Source of the DNA: the human T2T-CHM13v2.0 reference genome, Homo sapiens
Direction: 5' to 3' (one strand)
NCBI RefSeq assembly: GCF_009914755.1
Contig: NC_060929.1
DNA: 64,000 bases
This document shows, in pieces, positions 11,059 through 23,999 of the stretch. The notes below the pieces were generated by a model that was given only the letters and a program-made list of their open reading frames with translations, was not told the origin of the DNA and did no database searches. A program made the translations under genes and the position numbers. The number at the start of each line of letters is the position of its first letter. Position 1 is the first letter of the stretch.

Positions 11059-12499
11059 GTAATCAGCAACATGTCCCAAAATTACTTTCAATAGGTTGTC
11101 TTAAAAACAGAATAAAACACAAATGCATGATTGTTCTTGGTGCTGCAGGAATCAGTCCTTGTGTGAGCTTTGGCTTGGGTGGCAGGTCACTGGGGAGCCT
11201 GCTGCTTTCTGGAAGATGATTTTATGCAACTTTATCCAATTTAAGCAATCATGAAAACAATCTACCAGAATTTCTGCTTTGTAAAGCCACTTGGATTTAC
11301 AAAAAAAAAAAAATTTTTTTTCATGAGCCAGTCAGCCACTAGAAATGTCAGACAACACACTCATCTGGTGGTTGACAGACAGAAAGACAGGTCCATGCTC
11401 GCCGTGCAGAGAGGCCGTGTGGCCTCAGGCCGTTGAAGATGGGGAGCCGAACCATCCACCGGGCACCTGCACCTCAGGAGCTCCTTCCTGATCTGAGGCT
11501 GCCTCGGCGCCCACCTGAACACCGGTTCTCCACTTCCTTCCGGTTGTTCAAAGCTACCTCCATCGTGCACTTAACAACATTATTTTATTGATTCTAAAGT
11601 TAAGTGTACCCCCTAAAAATTTTCAAAATACAGAGAAGTACCACAAATCTCTAGCCCACCTTGTGTGCTGGTCACAGTCTGTTGGGTATCTTTCCAGTCT
11701 CTTCTGTGCACAGCTGTAAAAACGCAACACACACTCTTGGCCTCCACCTCCCAGGTGCCCTCTGCCCTCTGCCTTTCCAGCCCCTCAGTCACTGAACCCC
11801 AGTGACTGTCTCCTTTGGAACCTGGCGGCCTCCTGGCCTCTGTGCCCGCATGGCCCTGCCTGCGTTTCTGAGTCTTAGCCAGCTGGCTGCTCTCTGCCTT
11901 GTGCTCCCTCCGCCACCTGCTTCTCCAGGGGCTTTTCCCACCCCTCCAGGGTCCTTGTTCCTGCTCTTCTACTGCCCCTGAAGGTTTGGCATTTCTGGGG
12001 TTCCTGCCCTTGACTCTTCCTCGGAGGCTCCTCAGTCTGTGTGTACCCCCTGGGCTCTGTGGGGACACCCTGAGGGCTCCAAGTCCATTTCCCCACATCT
12101 GGTCACCATCACCACACAGCCCAGAGGCCAGTGCCCCAACCAGGCAAGCACCAAGCCCACCATGGCTCTCCCTAGGCCCTCCTTGCTGGTGGCTGGTCCC
12201 CTAAACTAGCACCCCTGAAGCTGGTGGCAGCAGCTGTATCGGGGTTTGTTTGCCGGGCATCTCCTGTGTCTGAAATGTGGGCATGCGATCCTCACAGCCT
12301 CTTTTGCTGAGGGGAATTGCTCCTCTTATGGGTCCGTGAGGATGCAACAGGACCAGGTAGCTCGGGTAGGGGGCGCTCCCTGCAGAGCGAGCCTCCAGCT
12401 GCTGCCTTGACAAAGGCAGACCAACACCTTCGTCTCCATGGGTGCCTGTGGACCCTCCTGTCCTGAGGCATCCCTACCCCTTGCCTCCCCCTAACACAG

Positions 12500-12765
12500 A
12501 TGTTAAGTCATATGCTTAAGTAAAAGACGGAGCCAAAACCCAAACCAGTTCTGCTGATCCCCAGCGTCTCCGGTGGTAAACCCTCCCGCCCCGGCTCCCC
12601 TTGGGATATTCCTGATAACTTCTTAGTTTGATCCTGCCTTTGGGAAATGCTAGGATAATCTCCACTTTTGGGGAATGCCAACCTTTTTCCTTGGAGCGTC
12701 TCACCTCCTGCTGTGGGATGGCTACTCACACCTGTTGGTGTATTTTGTTGCCATGAACATGACAG
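12500..12765 (+). pseudogene. Possible pseudo-exon
   Basis: Strong acceptor ccttgcctccccctaacacag and CAG|gttaat donor. Translation PVLLIPS...LWEMLG with stops; family similarity is weak. Confidence 0.25.
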
Positions 12766-13189
12766 GTTAATCTGGGGGTGGAAGCTGAGCTGGTCAGTTG
12801 GACTGATTTTACTTGTTTGAGTGTTTTTAAATATGATGAAGCGAGGTCTGGGTATTTTAATTTTGTTTATTATTTGGTCTTTTGGGTTACTTAGTGAGAC
12901 TACATAAACTCATCCAAAAACAGCTAGTTTTGTGCCACATAAATACACTGGTACTGGAACAGAATTAGATCAATAAGCAGCGAAGAGAGGATGACTGAGA
13001 TGAACAGGACGGTGGAAGAAAAATCAGAACTTGCAGCAATGGGAAGGTCTGGAGCAGCCCCACATGGCACTGCTGGGAACACATGCCTGGACCCGAAGCC
13101 ACATACCTGGACCCAAAGCCACACAGGTCAGTGGCCCATCCTGACGCTAGCCAGGTTTACTAAGCATCAACACTGGGGAAGACAATGAC

Positions 13190-13445
13190 TGGTGCTGGCT
13201 CACCAGCTGTGGAAATGGTGATGCCCTGGCTCCTACTGTGGGAATGGTGAAGTGCTGGCTTTATTGTTGTAGGACTGTTGAAGTGCTGGTCCCGTTGGTG
13301 TGGGCCTGTTGAGGGGCTGGCTCCATTGCTGTGGGACTGTTGAAGTGCTGGTCTCATTGGTGTGGGATTTTTGGGGTGCTGGCTCCATTGCTGTGGGACT
13401 GTTGAGGTGCTGGTCCCATTGCTGTGGGTCTGTTGAATATGGGCT
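13190..13445. repeat. Degenerate 31-bp tandem repeat, ~7-8 copies
   Basis: Unit approximately actgttgaagtgctgg(c/t)(t/c)ccattgctgtggg. Confidence 0.8.
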
Positions 13446-14289
13446 TCATTGCTATGGTAATATTGATGAAGACAGGAGATGGGATTTTGTGGCCCTTTCT
13501 GAGTTTCTTTATCAGATGCCCGTCCTGCATAGCAGCTGGTGCTGCATATCGCAGTCAGAATTCAGCCTCATTCCTCCCACCTCTGTGGATCCAAATGGTC
13601 TTTTGCTCCCCGACCTTTTGCAAATCCTTGCTGTTTCCCAAAGGAAGCAAATCTGTATTTTTCTGTTTTCAGACAAACTGATGTCCAGTTCAGGCCCCTC
13701 AGAATCTTAGAGTGTCCAGAAAATATGTACTTTCCCTTCAGCAGGTGTCTTGATCTGAATGCTGTCTACACCTTTATCTCCCTAGGTGGAAGTTCCTCAG
13801 TCTCACCTACACCCCTCAAGGGTGGAGACATTATACACTAATGGGCAAGATGCAGACATTGGCCAGAAAGAAACATTCCTGGCTAGTGAGAAACAAGTTA
13901 TGTGTATATTTTAAAATGAACCAAAAATGTTTCCTTGAACAGCTTCCAAATTCATAAATGCATAGAAAAACGAGTCTGACTAAGAGCAGCTGGCGTTTGC
14001 AGCTGCCCCAGTTTTACCTGTTTCCAGGTAAGCAGGAGACACGTCTGCTGGGGCAGTGATTTAAGAGAGGCACTCACCTAAAATAAGCAGCCAAAACCAT
14101 CCTGGTTATTACAAATGTCACAGAAAATAAGTGGAATCCACTTCATTGGAATATATCGACATGAAACCCGGACTGTTATTTCTAAGAAAGTAATTAATGT
14201 TTCACCTCTTACATGCCATTTTTAATGCTAATAACAGTACTTTACGTGTATAGTATTTTCCTCTTTCAAGCCGTTTTTATCAGAGACCA

Positions 14290-14720
14290 CATAGTCTTGT
14301 CTGATTTGAAATATGACATTAAGGATGCATATTTAAATCTCCCACTACAATTGCAGACTTCTTCTTTCTCTTTAAATTCTATTTTTTTTGTTGTTTCCTT
14401 TATTTTGGGACTATCTTATTAGGTACATATAAGGTTATGCCTATTATATTTTCTTGATTAATTGCTATCTTCATCATTATATATTATCACTCTTTATCCT
14501 CTGTAGTGCTTTTTGGTTTAAACTATATTTTGCTTGGTATAAATATAACTACACTGGTTTTTCTTAAGTATTTGCTTGATAAAACTTTGCAATTTTTTGC
14601 TTGTTATCTTTCTGCAATTTTATATTTTATACATATCTGTTGTAAAGAAGACATTGCTGAGCCTTCAAGCTGCTGAATTTGATCCATTTACACTTATTTT
14701 GATTACAGATAGATTTGGAA
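14290..14720 (-). mobile_element. Old L1M fragment (start of ORF2)
   Basis: T-rich antisense L1 motifs 'aaatctcccactacaattg', 'ttattaggtacatataag', 'tttgatccatttacac'. Confidence 0.6.
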
Positions 14721-15900
14721 TTTCAAAAAATGTATCTTTGTAAGGCACACTTTGTTTTGGGCAGATTCATCTGATTTTATAAAATGAGAAAACAAACAGA
14801 AAAAAGTTAAATAATTTTGTGAATGCTATAAAATAAAACAGTGAAATTGCTAATTATTTTAAGGCCACTGTGCAGAAAACTGCTTAAACATATATGAAAA
14901 TAACACAGCTCTTAACAGATTGCCCTAGTAATTTCCGTAGAACTTCTGTAAGTATATAGAAATTAAAAATGGGATTGGATTAATAATTGTATAATAACAC
15001 TATCTGGACTTTAACCTTGATTTTCTTTTTTCTTATATGCAATTATACTGAAACATGAAGATAAAATATACTAATTTTGTTCAGATTATCTACCTCAAAT
15101 GAAGCAAATACAGTATTTTTCAACGTGTAATTGTCTACTTTTCAAAATAACTTTTTATTAAAGAAAGGCTCATAATGCTATGCCTTTAGAGAGTACTCCT
15201 AATTAATGTAAGATTTCAGCAACACAACATTACACAGAGAGATTACACATGCAATCATAAAAAACTACATATAAATATTTAAAAACATGACATTTGTGAA
15301 TTATTTCAACCTTCACAGACTTCTTTATAAGCATGTTTCATGAAAAATAAGGGGTCCAGATATAACTCTAAGTTAAACCGTACTTTAAGTTAAACCTTAA
15401 GTCTCCCCATAAAGGTGTCCTAGAGCAGATGTCCACCGATCCAGGCATTGCAATGCCTGGGAATCAATGGTGTAATCAGCAAGGTGGAATTGGATATGTG
15501 GTGATAGCTATCGATGTTTATGACAGGTGGGTGCACCGTCAAGTTGGAGTCTGAACTTGATAAATTGGCGCTCTTGGAAAAGGTGGGTGAGAGTCATTGT
15601 GGATGTGGATAGGAGCAGAGCGGTTCTGAGCAGGACGCCAAAACAGAGGAAGCTTCGGAGGACGCTTGTGCCTTCCTGAGAATGAGGCCACGGAGCACAG
15701 CGGGAGCCAGGGGGAGTTTCACAAAGGCTACTTTTGACTTGGTTTTGCAATCACCTTTTTACTAGTAGGTTTTGTTTCGTTTGTCTTCTGTTGGGAATTT
15801 AAATATTAGGAAAACAATTTGGGATTATCTGTCTAGACTACCCTGTCAGTCCATCTGAGGCTTGTGTCATCTTAGAGCTAGCTATATATTAGGTAAGGCT

Positions 15901-16006
15901 TAAAGGCTAGCTGAAGGGTGACGCTTCCCTCAGCTAGGAGGAGATGGTTTTTTAAAGGCTTGCTGAAGGGCGGTGCTTCCCTCAGCTAGGAGGAGATGGT
16001 TTTTTA
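15901..16006. repeat. Tandem duplication, 2 x 52 bp
   Basis: taaaggct.gctgaaggg....gcttccctcagctaggaggagatggttttt occurs twice. Confidence 0.9.
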
Positions 16007-17801
16007 CAGCAGTGCTGACTCCACAGGAAGCCACCCAGTGTGCTAGGAACCACACTGGAAACACAAATCTGGAACTGGTTTGTTTTTGTTGTTGGGGGTG
16101 TTAACATGTTACCTGAAAATTAATAATCTTTTAAAGATGTGGCAAAGCCTAATGGCACCCTCCTGGGTAGCAAGTCCAACGTTGTCCAGGCACTCACCAT
16201 TTACAGAACGAATATTGCAAAACGGTTTTCTGGGCTTGTGTTGTTTCCTTCCCTTCTTTCTTTTTTCTTGCTTACTGGCACTAAAAGTCAGCCTTTCATT
16301 GTTGAAACAGTTGACCATAATCTTAATTTACATTTACTCTATGTTTCATCATAAGCTGTAATGCCTTTTAGCATAAAGTGGATTAATCAGAAATCGTAGC
16401 CGAATTGGCAATTCAATTGTTAATAGTACTGTTTCTAACATTCAAAAACTTTTCCTCTGTTTCGAATTTATTCATTTTAAATGACTGGAACAAATTTGAG
16501 CAAGTAAAAGCTGGTAAGCTTGAGATTTTTCTGGTTTAATTATTTTTCTGGTTTCACTTTAGCTTTTAAATCCTTAGACTATGGTCACAAATATAATCCA
16601 GTGCATAATTGTCTCCTAATTTGACTGACGACTTAACTGCTGAGTTGTTTTATGGCTTTTCACATGGTTATACTGAAGGACAGTCTACATGCACTTGAAA
16701 AGATGATATATTCTGCTGTTGTTGAGAATGGTCCCTAGATATTAGTTGGGTCAAGTTGGTTAATAGTGTTGTTCAAATCTTCTGTATCCTGGCTACTTTT
16801 TCATCTGGTTTTCCATCAGTTATTCAGAGTGGGATATTAAAGTGCCCAACTATCATTGTGCAATTGTCTATTTCTTTCTCCAGTTTTATTAGTTTTGCTT
16901 CATTGTAAAAATATTTCATGTACTTTGACACTCTGTTATTAGGTGGGTATATATTTACAATTATATTTTGCTGGTAAATTGACTTTTTTGTAATTATAAA
17001 AATCCTTATTAAGTTTTAGTAATGTGTTTTGTCTTAAAATTTACTTTGTCTGATATCAGTATGGCTACTATAGCTCTTGCACGATTACTGCTTGCATGGT
17101 ATATGTTTTTTCATCATTTGCTTTTAAACGATTTTGTGTCTGAAACTAAAGTGTGTTTCTTGCATACCATTTGATTTTTTTCTGGTTGTTTTGTTTTAAA
17201 TTCATTTAAACCATCTTTAATTTTGGATTGGAGTTTTTAATGCATTTATAGTTAATGGATTTATTAGTATAAGTAATGGCTGAATTTATTTCCACCATAA
17301 GATGGCTGAATTTATTTCTACCATCTTGATGCTAGTTTTATCTTATGTCTTTTTTGTTTGCCCATTCTTTCTTTACTACTTTCTTTTATGTTCAATAGCA
17401 ATTTTCTAATGTACCATTTTATTCCTTTTTAAATGTTATTCTCTTGGGAAATATTGCTCTAGGGATTAGAGTATACACATTTACTTATCATAGTTTATTT
17501 TATGTTAATACTCACTTAATTCTGGCAAAATAGAAACACTTTGCTCCAATACAGTTTTATCCTTTCCCTCCTTTATGCTGTCATTGTCATGAATATTACA
17601 TGTATATATAAGCATTTATATTGCATTTTAAATAACTTCAAAGAACAATGCAAAAATGTTTATACTGTCTTTATGTTTACCTGCATAAGAACTTTAACAT
17701 TGCTCATTATTTCTTCATGGGCATTTGAGTTGCCATTTGGTGTCATTTTTTTTCTATCTGAATGATTTCCTTTAGTATTTCTTGTAGGATAGGTAGGCTA
17801 T

Positions 17802-18380
17802 TGAGAGGCTGGGTTTCTGGGTCGGGTAGGGACTTGGAGAACTTTTCTGTCTAGCTAAAGGATTGTAAACACACCAATCAGTGCTCTGTGTCTAGCTAAA
17901 AGTTTGTAAACGCACCAATCAGCACTCTGTAAAAACGGACCAATCAGCACTCTGTAAAATGGACATATCAGCACTCTGTAAAATGGACCAATCAGCAGGA
18001 TGTTGGTGGGGCCAAATAATGGAATAAAAGCTGGCCACCCTAGCAAGCAGGGGCGACCCGGTCGAGTCCCCTTCTCTGCTATGGAAGCTTTGTTCTTTGG
18101 CTCTTTACAATAAATCTTGCTGCTGCTGCTCACTCTTTGGGTCCGCACTATCTTTATGAGCTGTAACACTCACTGTGGAGGGCTGCGGCTTCACTTCTGA
18201 AGTCAGTGAGACCACGAACCCACCAGAAGGAAGAAACTCCGGACACATCTGAACATCTGAAGGAACAAACTCTGGACACACCATCTTTAAGAACTGTAAC
18301 ACTCACAGCCAGGGTCCACGGCTTCATTCTTGAAGTCAGCGAGACCAAGAACCCACAGGAAGGAACCAATTCCAGACACA
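17802..18380 (+). mobile_element. LTR12 (LTR12F-like, ERV9) solo LTR
   Basis: TGAGAGG start, repeated 'accaatcagcactctgt' CCAAT units, AATAAA, end 'ccagacaca'; 4-bp TSD ctat/ctgt. Confidence 0.92.
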
Positions 18381-18599
18381 CTGTCAGCAAACTGTCTCAA
18401 TATTTGTTTATCTGGAAAAGTCTTTTTTAAAATTTTTGCTTTCACCTTTGAAATATATTTTTGCTGACTATAGAATTCTTTACTGATAGTTTTCTTTCTT
18501 TCTTTTGGAACTGTTAATATGTCATCCCAATACCTTCTTGTATACATTCTTTGTTATGAGATGTCTGCTATTAATTTATGATGGTTACCTTATATATGG

Positions 18600-19008
18600 T
18601 CATAGAGTTTGGATACCTGTCCCTGCCCAAATCTCATGTGAAATTGTAATCCCTAATGTTGGAGGTGGGGCCTGATGGGAAGTGTCTGGGTCATGAGGGC
18701 GGATCCCTCATGGCTTGGTGCTGAATTTGCAATAGTGAGTGAGTTCTCCTGAGATCTGGTCATTTAAAGGAATGTAGCACCTCCCGTCCAGTCTCTCACT
18801 TGCTCTTGCTTTTGCCGTGTGACGCACCTGCTCCCCCTTTGCCTTCTGCCATGATTGCAAGCTTTCTGAGGCCTCCCCAGAAGCTGAGCAGATGCCAGCA
18901 CCATGCTTTCTGTACAGCCTGCAGAACTGTGAGCCAATTAAACCTCTTCCTTATAAATTAGCAGGTCTCAGGTATTTCTTTATAACCATTCGAGAATGGC
19001 CTAATATA
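18600..19008 (+). mobile_element. MSTB-like solo LTR
   Basis: 'cccaaatctcatg', 'gaagctgagcagatgccagcaccatgct', 'gaatggcctaata'. Confidence 0.85.
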
Positions 19009-20303
19009 TGTGCTGAGTAGTTTTGTTTGCTTGTTTCTCTTGCTGCCTCCGTGATTTTCTCATGTTATTTGTTTTTCAACAATTTGACTATGATGTGTCT
19101 GTCTGTCTCTTTCTGCTTATCTTTAGGATTTGTTAAGCGTCTTGAGTGTGCAGATTCTTCATCAAAGTTGGAAGTTTTCAGTTATTTCTTCAAATATCCT
19201 TTTGCCACATGATCTCTAGCTATTCTGATATTCCCGTTAAACATAAATTTGATACTTCTTGGTGTTCAGTGGGTCTCTAAGGCTCTGTTTATTTTTATTT
19301 ACTCTTTCTCTCTTTTGCTTTTCCAAATTAAACACTTTCTTTCAATTTGTCTTCACGTTCACTGATTTCTTATTTGGTCAGTCCAAATCTTTTTTTGTTT
19401 GATTTTTCATTTTTATTATTGTGCTTATTAACTGCAAAAAGTCCACTGGATTAAAAAATAATTTCTATCTCTTTGATATTCTCGGGTTGATGAGTCATTA
19501 TCACTATATTTAAAAAAATTCTTTAAACATGGTTTTCTCAATGTTTTGAACATATTTATAATAGTTTTTTTTTAGGTTTTTGTTTGCCAGGTTCAACATC
19601 TGGGTCTTCTCAGAGAGTTTCTATTGACTGTTTTTTCTTATGTGAGAATCACACTGTCCTGTTTCATTGCGTGTCTTAACAATGTTTCTTTAAACCTTGA
19701 CATTTTAGGTCATATATTATAGCAACTCCAGATCACAACTCCCTTTCCCTGCGGGGTTGTGGTTGCAAGTTTTGCTTATTGTGTGTTCAGTGACTTGCCT
19801 GGACTAACTTTGTAAATTCCTTTTCTCCTGCAGTGTGTGATCACTCATATCTCTGTTCGGTTCCCCCCACCCACTTTTTATTCTTGCATTTATATTTAAG
19901 CCTAGTTTTGCAGGGACCACTTGTGGTCAGCCTAGCTTAGTCATACAATGTTTGGCCAATGGTTGTGCTAAAACATCTTGAGCTAATAAAGCTTCTGCCT
20001 TTTGCCAATAAATCCACGTGTGGGTTGGGTAATGCATTTTAAAGCCAGTCAGTTAACGTAGCTTGCTGCAATGTTTGCCTTTGGGTATATATATATATAT
20101 TTTTTTGCCACAGGGATTGCTATTCTATTAAACACCACACCCCACATCATATCCAGTCAGCCCCCTCTGGCAGCCAAGTTGCCAGTTTGCACTGCCTGCC
20201 CAGCCTAGGGAGGACCACCACATGGTTGAATCTGGGGTGGGCAGAGCAAAAACAGCTTCTATGAAAACACCAGTTTACAATGCTTTTACCTGAGGTTTAG
20301 TCG

Positions 20304-20307
<4 letters not shown>

Positions 20308-20339
<32 letters not shown>
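20308..20339. repeat. (TG)n microsatellite
   Basis: About 16 TG units. Confidence 0.95.
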
Positions 20340-20342
<3 letters not shown>

Positions 20343-20731
20343 TACATGCTTCCCAATTATTGAAATGCTTCTATTTGATTTCCAGAGTTCTGCAATATTG
20401 TATTTGACAATTTTGTCCAGTTTTGTTATTGTTTTGGAAGGAAATTTATTAAGTGTCTTCCTCCACCATTCTAGGAAACCCACCAACTTAGAATAAAATT
20501 TGAGTTAAAAAATATGTGTTAGTATTTCTTAGTTAGTATTGGCGCCAGAGTAGAGCGTTGGGCAGAAACACTGATGCATTATTGTTTACTCAGAAGCATT
20601 TTATAACTTTTTGACAATATTTCTCTGGGGAGTCCAATTTTATTCAAGACTTCTGGAAATGTGGTGCAATGTTTTAAAAAAACCAAGACACAGAGTATGC
20701 ACAGTTATGTTGGCGTCTCAAAACTCTTCAG

Positions 20732-20953
20732 TTCTCACTCTCATTTCTTGGAGAATGTGGCATGACTAGAAGTGTTGCCCTGGAAACAAGTCATCAAGCC
20801 GAAGTTCTTATCATTCATCTCCAGCAGTCTCAAGGCACGTGTGAAGAATCTCATGGCATATTTTAGACACAGGATGACCTCAGTGTTCCTGAGAACGTTC
20901 CTGCTCAAAAGAGCTGCTACTGTGTGCTTTGTGACTGCCGGCTCTGCCTACAG
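20732..20953 (+). pseudogene. Pseudo-exon ...ISSSLKARVKNLMAYFRHRMTSVFLRTFLL...
   Basis: ctcttcag acceptor, CAG|gtgaca donor, single TGA (20763). Best single match to GREB1 YDSSFEAMVTALGKRFPRLHSAVIRTFVL. Confidence 0.7.
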
Positions 20954-22092
20954 GTGACACACTCCTGTCACTTAATCATCTGAGTGCTGGATGCATAATT
21001 TATTGTTGCATGCAAAGTTATGCACAAGTGCATTCTCCAGATCTACAGGTGGAGAACTGAGGGAGCTGAATCAACTGTTCATCGCATCAGGGTACAATCT
21101 GAAGTCTCTAGTTTGCACCAGGAGGGTAATTCTGGTTCAGATTATTCAGCAATAGAGCCTTGGCCCTCTTTCCATTGTCACACAGAGTTGTAGGAAAAAC
21201 TATTTTAAAACAGAAGCTTATGTAAAAATAATGATCTTCTTATTGATTTTGCATCTGAATTTTTAAAATTGTAGAAAACAAAACTTTTATTGTTATTTTT
21301 AATATTTAGAGATAGAAAAACAAGTGTTAATGTTTTCATTTGAAACCCATTCTTTTCCTATATGTGTATGTTTCCCTTATTTCAGAAGTAATATCTCCAC
21401 AATATAAAACATTTGGAAACAAAGATGAAACTGAAAACCTGCCTTACTGTCCCTCACTGTCCAAAGGTAACTGCTGCCACTATGCTAATGCATTTCCTTA
21501 AGGTACTGTGATCATATGGTCAATGTTTTCTTCTGTCTTTCAGATTCATCTTATGCCTGATTCATAGCATTCTGTTCCCACTTATGGATCCACCACAATC
21601 TCCTACTTTTTGCATTTTTTTACTACTATAAATTTTGTTTCAATAGCGCCTTTGTCCATAAAAGTTTTCTGGGCTTCTGAACATTTCTTAGACTAGATAA
21701 CTAAAATATGAATTTTTTTGTTGTTGTTGGAAAGACAGAAATATAACCAAGAATTCAGATAAGTTTTGTCTAATTGCTTTCCCAAGAAGTTCCCATCTCT
21801 GCTTCCGAGCTGTTGCTTTGTGTATAGTACCATAACTGGTTATTATTGTTTTTAAAATAAACTACTCTTTAGAACACTTTAGATTTATAGAAAAATTATG
21901 GCAGCAGTATAGTGAGTCCTGTTTTCTATTAGAACAATACACCTGTTATACTCAGTGAACTAATAGTGACACATTATTATTAATTCAAGTCCATATTTTA
22001 TTCAGATTTTCTTATTGGCTTACTGTCTTTCTTCTGTTTCAAGATTCTGTCCAAGATGCCACAGCACATTTAACCAGCATGTCTTAGCTTAG

Positions 22093-22428
22093 CTCTACGG
22101 CCGGTCATGAAGGGTGGGATAAAATATCATGAATAGGAGAAGAAAAGTACAAGAAAAGTTTTGGGAAAAGTCCCGTACGTGTGTCTTCAGAAAACCGTTG
22201 CTGCATCGATAAGAGGTCTGATGGTGGTTCACACCTGAGGCAGCACGCGGCCAGTGCAGCTCCCAGCACGGCTGGTGCCCTGTGGAGAGACCCTGAGGCC
22301 AGGACCACCAGCTCGCTGGTGTCTGCATCTGTGATGGTGGTGTCTGTGAATCTTTCCTCTCGTGGGGCTGGGGTTGGGGTGACAGGCCTCAGCGCTTGTG
22401 TCCCAGCCCTGGAGAAGCCTTGTGGGCA
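22093..22428 (+). pseudogene. Possible pseudo-exon
   Basis: CA|gtgagt donor; long frame with one TGA; only weak family similarity (VMVVSV). Confidence 0.25.
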
Positions 22429-23999
22429 GTGAGTAAGGGCTGTGGAAACACATGCCTGAGCCCCTGGCATCGGGGCAGGAGACTTGCTCTGCACGTGGCA
22501 GTTTGTGGCCCTCGGAGAGCCACCTCACTGCTGAGATGTAGCCCCTTTTTGGGAAGAGGAGAAGGTTGGGCCTGTGTTCTTTGTGCTCTGTAATCGTTGC
22601 CAGATGGGACCCCTAGTATCGGGCACTTGCCTTGTTTCCTGCCTTATTGTACAGTTTCCCAAATGACAGAAGGGTTGTGAGTGAACATGATGATGCCTTT
22701 TGCAGTTTTGTTTCCAGATGCCTCCCCTGTGAGGGTCACATCTCCTTCCCTCCCCTTATTTTTGTGGTTTGCTGCCCTTTCATTAGTGAAAGCAAAATGA
22801 ATGGCATTATTGATTTCTAAAAAGGGCTCTTCACAAACGTGTTTTGGGTTGTGCTTTATCCTTGCTGTCTGATAGCAAAATGATTGCCAGGCACTGATAC
22901 CAAGGTAACCAGTGAAGATCTAACAATTCTTACTGTTTACATCAAAACAAAAGTAGTATATGGTCCCTTTAGCAAACATCGTGCATTTCATGTGTCATGT
23001 GTATTTCCCAAAATGCCTGCCACCCTGTCCTCGTGACCCCTCGCTCCCCTTACAGCAATGGCTGTTTCTAGCTTTCACACTCTTCAAACCTCCCCACAGC
23101 ATTCATGCATCTCCTGCTGCTAGAGATTACAGAGGCCCCCGCTGAGAGCCCCATCCTTAACACCAGACAATTGCACCACCCACTGCTTTGCCCGTTACCA
23201 CAGAGGAGCCATCCCTTCCCTGGAGAAGCACGGTCTCTCCACCTAATTTTGGATCCCACCCTCATTTATTCAGGAGCCTCACACTGTGGATGACATCTTT
23301 TTGTTCTAGAATATTCAGCCCATCGCTCCTGGTTGTATCTTTCCCATCATGCTCCCATCTGTCCCGTAGTGATGGTATGAAGGAATGATTCTTAGATCCA
23401 CCATATGCCTACATCTCTTTTTCTATCCCATTTTTCTTCCTTTCACAGAAAATTTCTAAGTTCTTACACTAAATTCTCTCTAAATTTAGAAATTTCTAAA
23501 TTTCTAATATGCTTATGCTAAATTCTCTCTTTTCTCTTTTCAAATTTGCTTATCCAGTGAGCTACTTATGTTTTCCCTTTCAGCATTTTAAGCTAGTTAT
23601 TTTTAAATCCAGATGTCCTTGATTTATGGTGGCCCTTTTTGTGTTATAAACTTTCTGCTATGTTTTCTACTCTTTTTCTTCCTTCTCCTCCTCCTCCTAT
23701 TTTTTTTTCTTTTTGGTATTAAACATACTAATTTTAAAGTTCTCTTTAGATTGCTTTATCATTTCCATTTCCTTGGGAGTGAATTCTCTCATTTGCTGAC
23801 TTTCTCTTTTATGACATTTTCCCCTCAGTGTGGTTTTACAATTTAGTTTTCAGGATCATCTCTCTCAACGTCACCTTTCCATGACTAGTTGTTTAGTGAT
23901 TGTTTTTCCATTTCCCCCGGGGCCCCCAGTTCAGAACCCACATTTCAAGTGCACTTGTCTCAGTCCATAGGTCTCTGATCTAGGTAGATCTCTTCCCTC

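Larger units (their letters stand above)
16680..20480 (-). mobile_element. Old L1M (5' end through ORF2 start) hosting LTR12 and MST insertions
   Basis: Antisense L1 motifs 'atattctgctgttgttg', 'ttctgtatcct', 'aactatcattgtg', 'tatagaattct'; L1M-type 5' end near 20480. Confidence 0.7.

Noticed and set aside
14730-16660. Possible processed pseudogene or ERV internal segment
   Set aside because: I found no poly-A/TSD or recognisable protein. It may be degenerate ERV sequence, but I cannot support a call.
23482-23503. 22-bp perfect palindrome aaatttagaaatttctaaattt
   Set aside because: It is AT-rich and lies within local micro-repeats, so it is plausibly a slippage product with no function.
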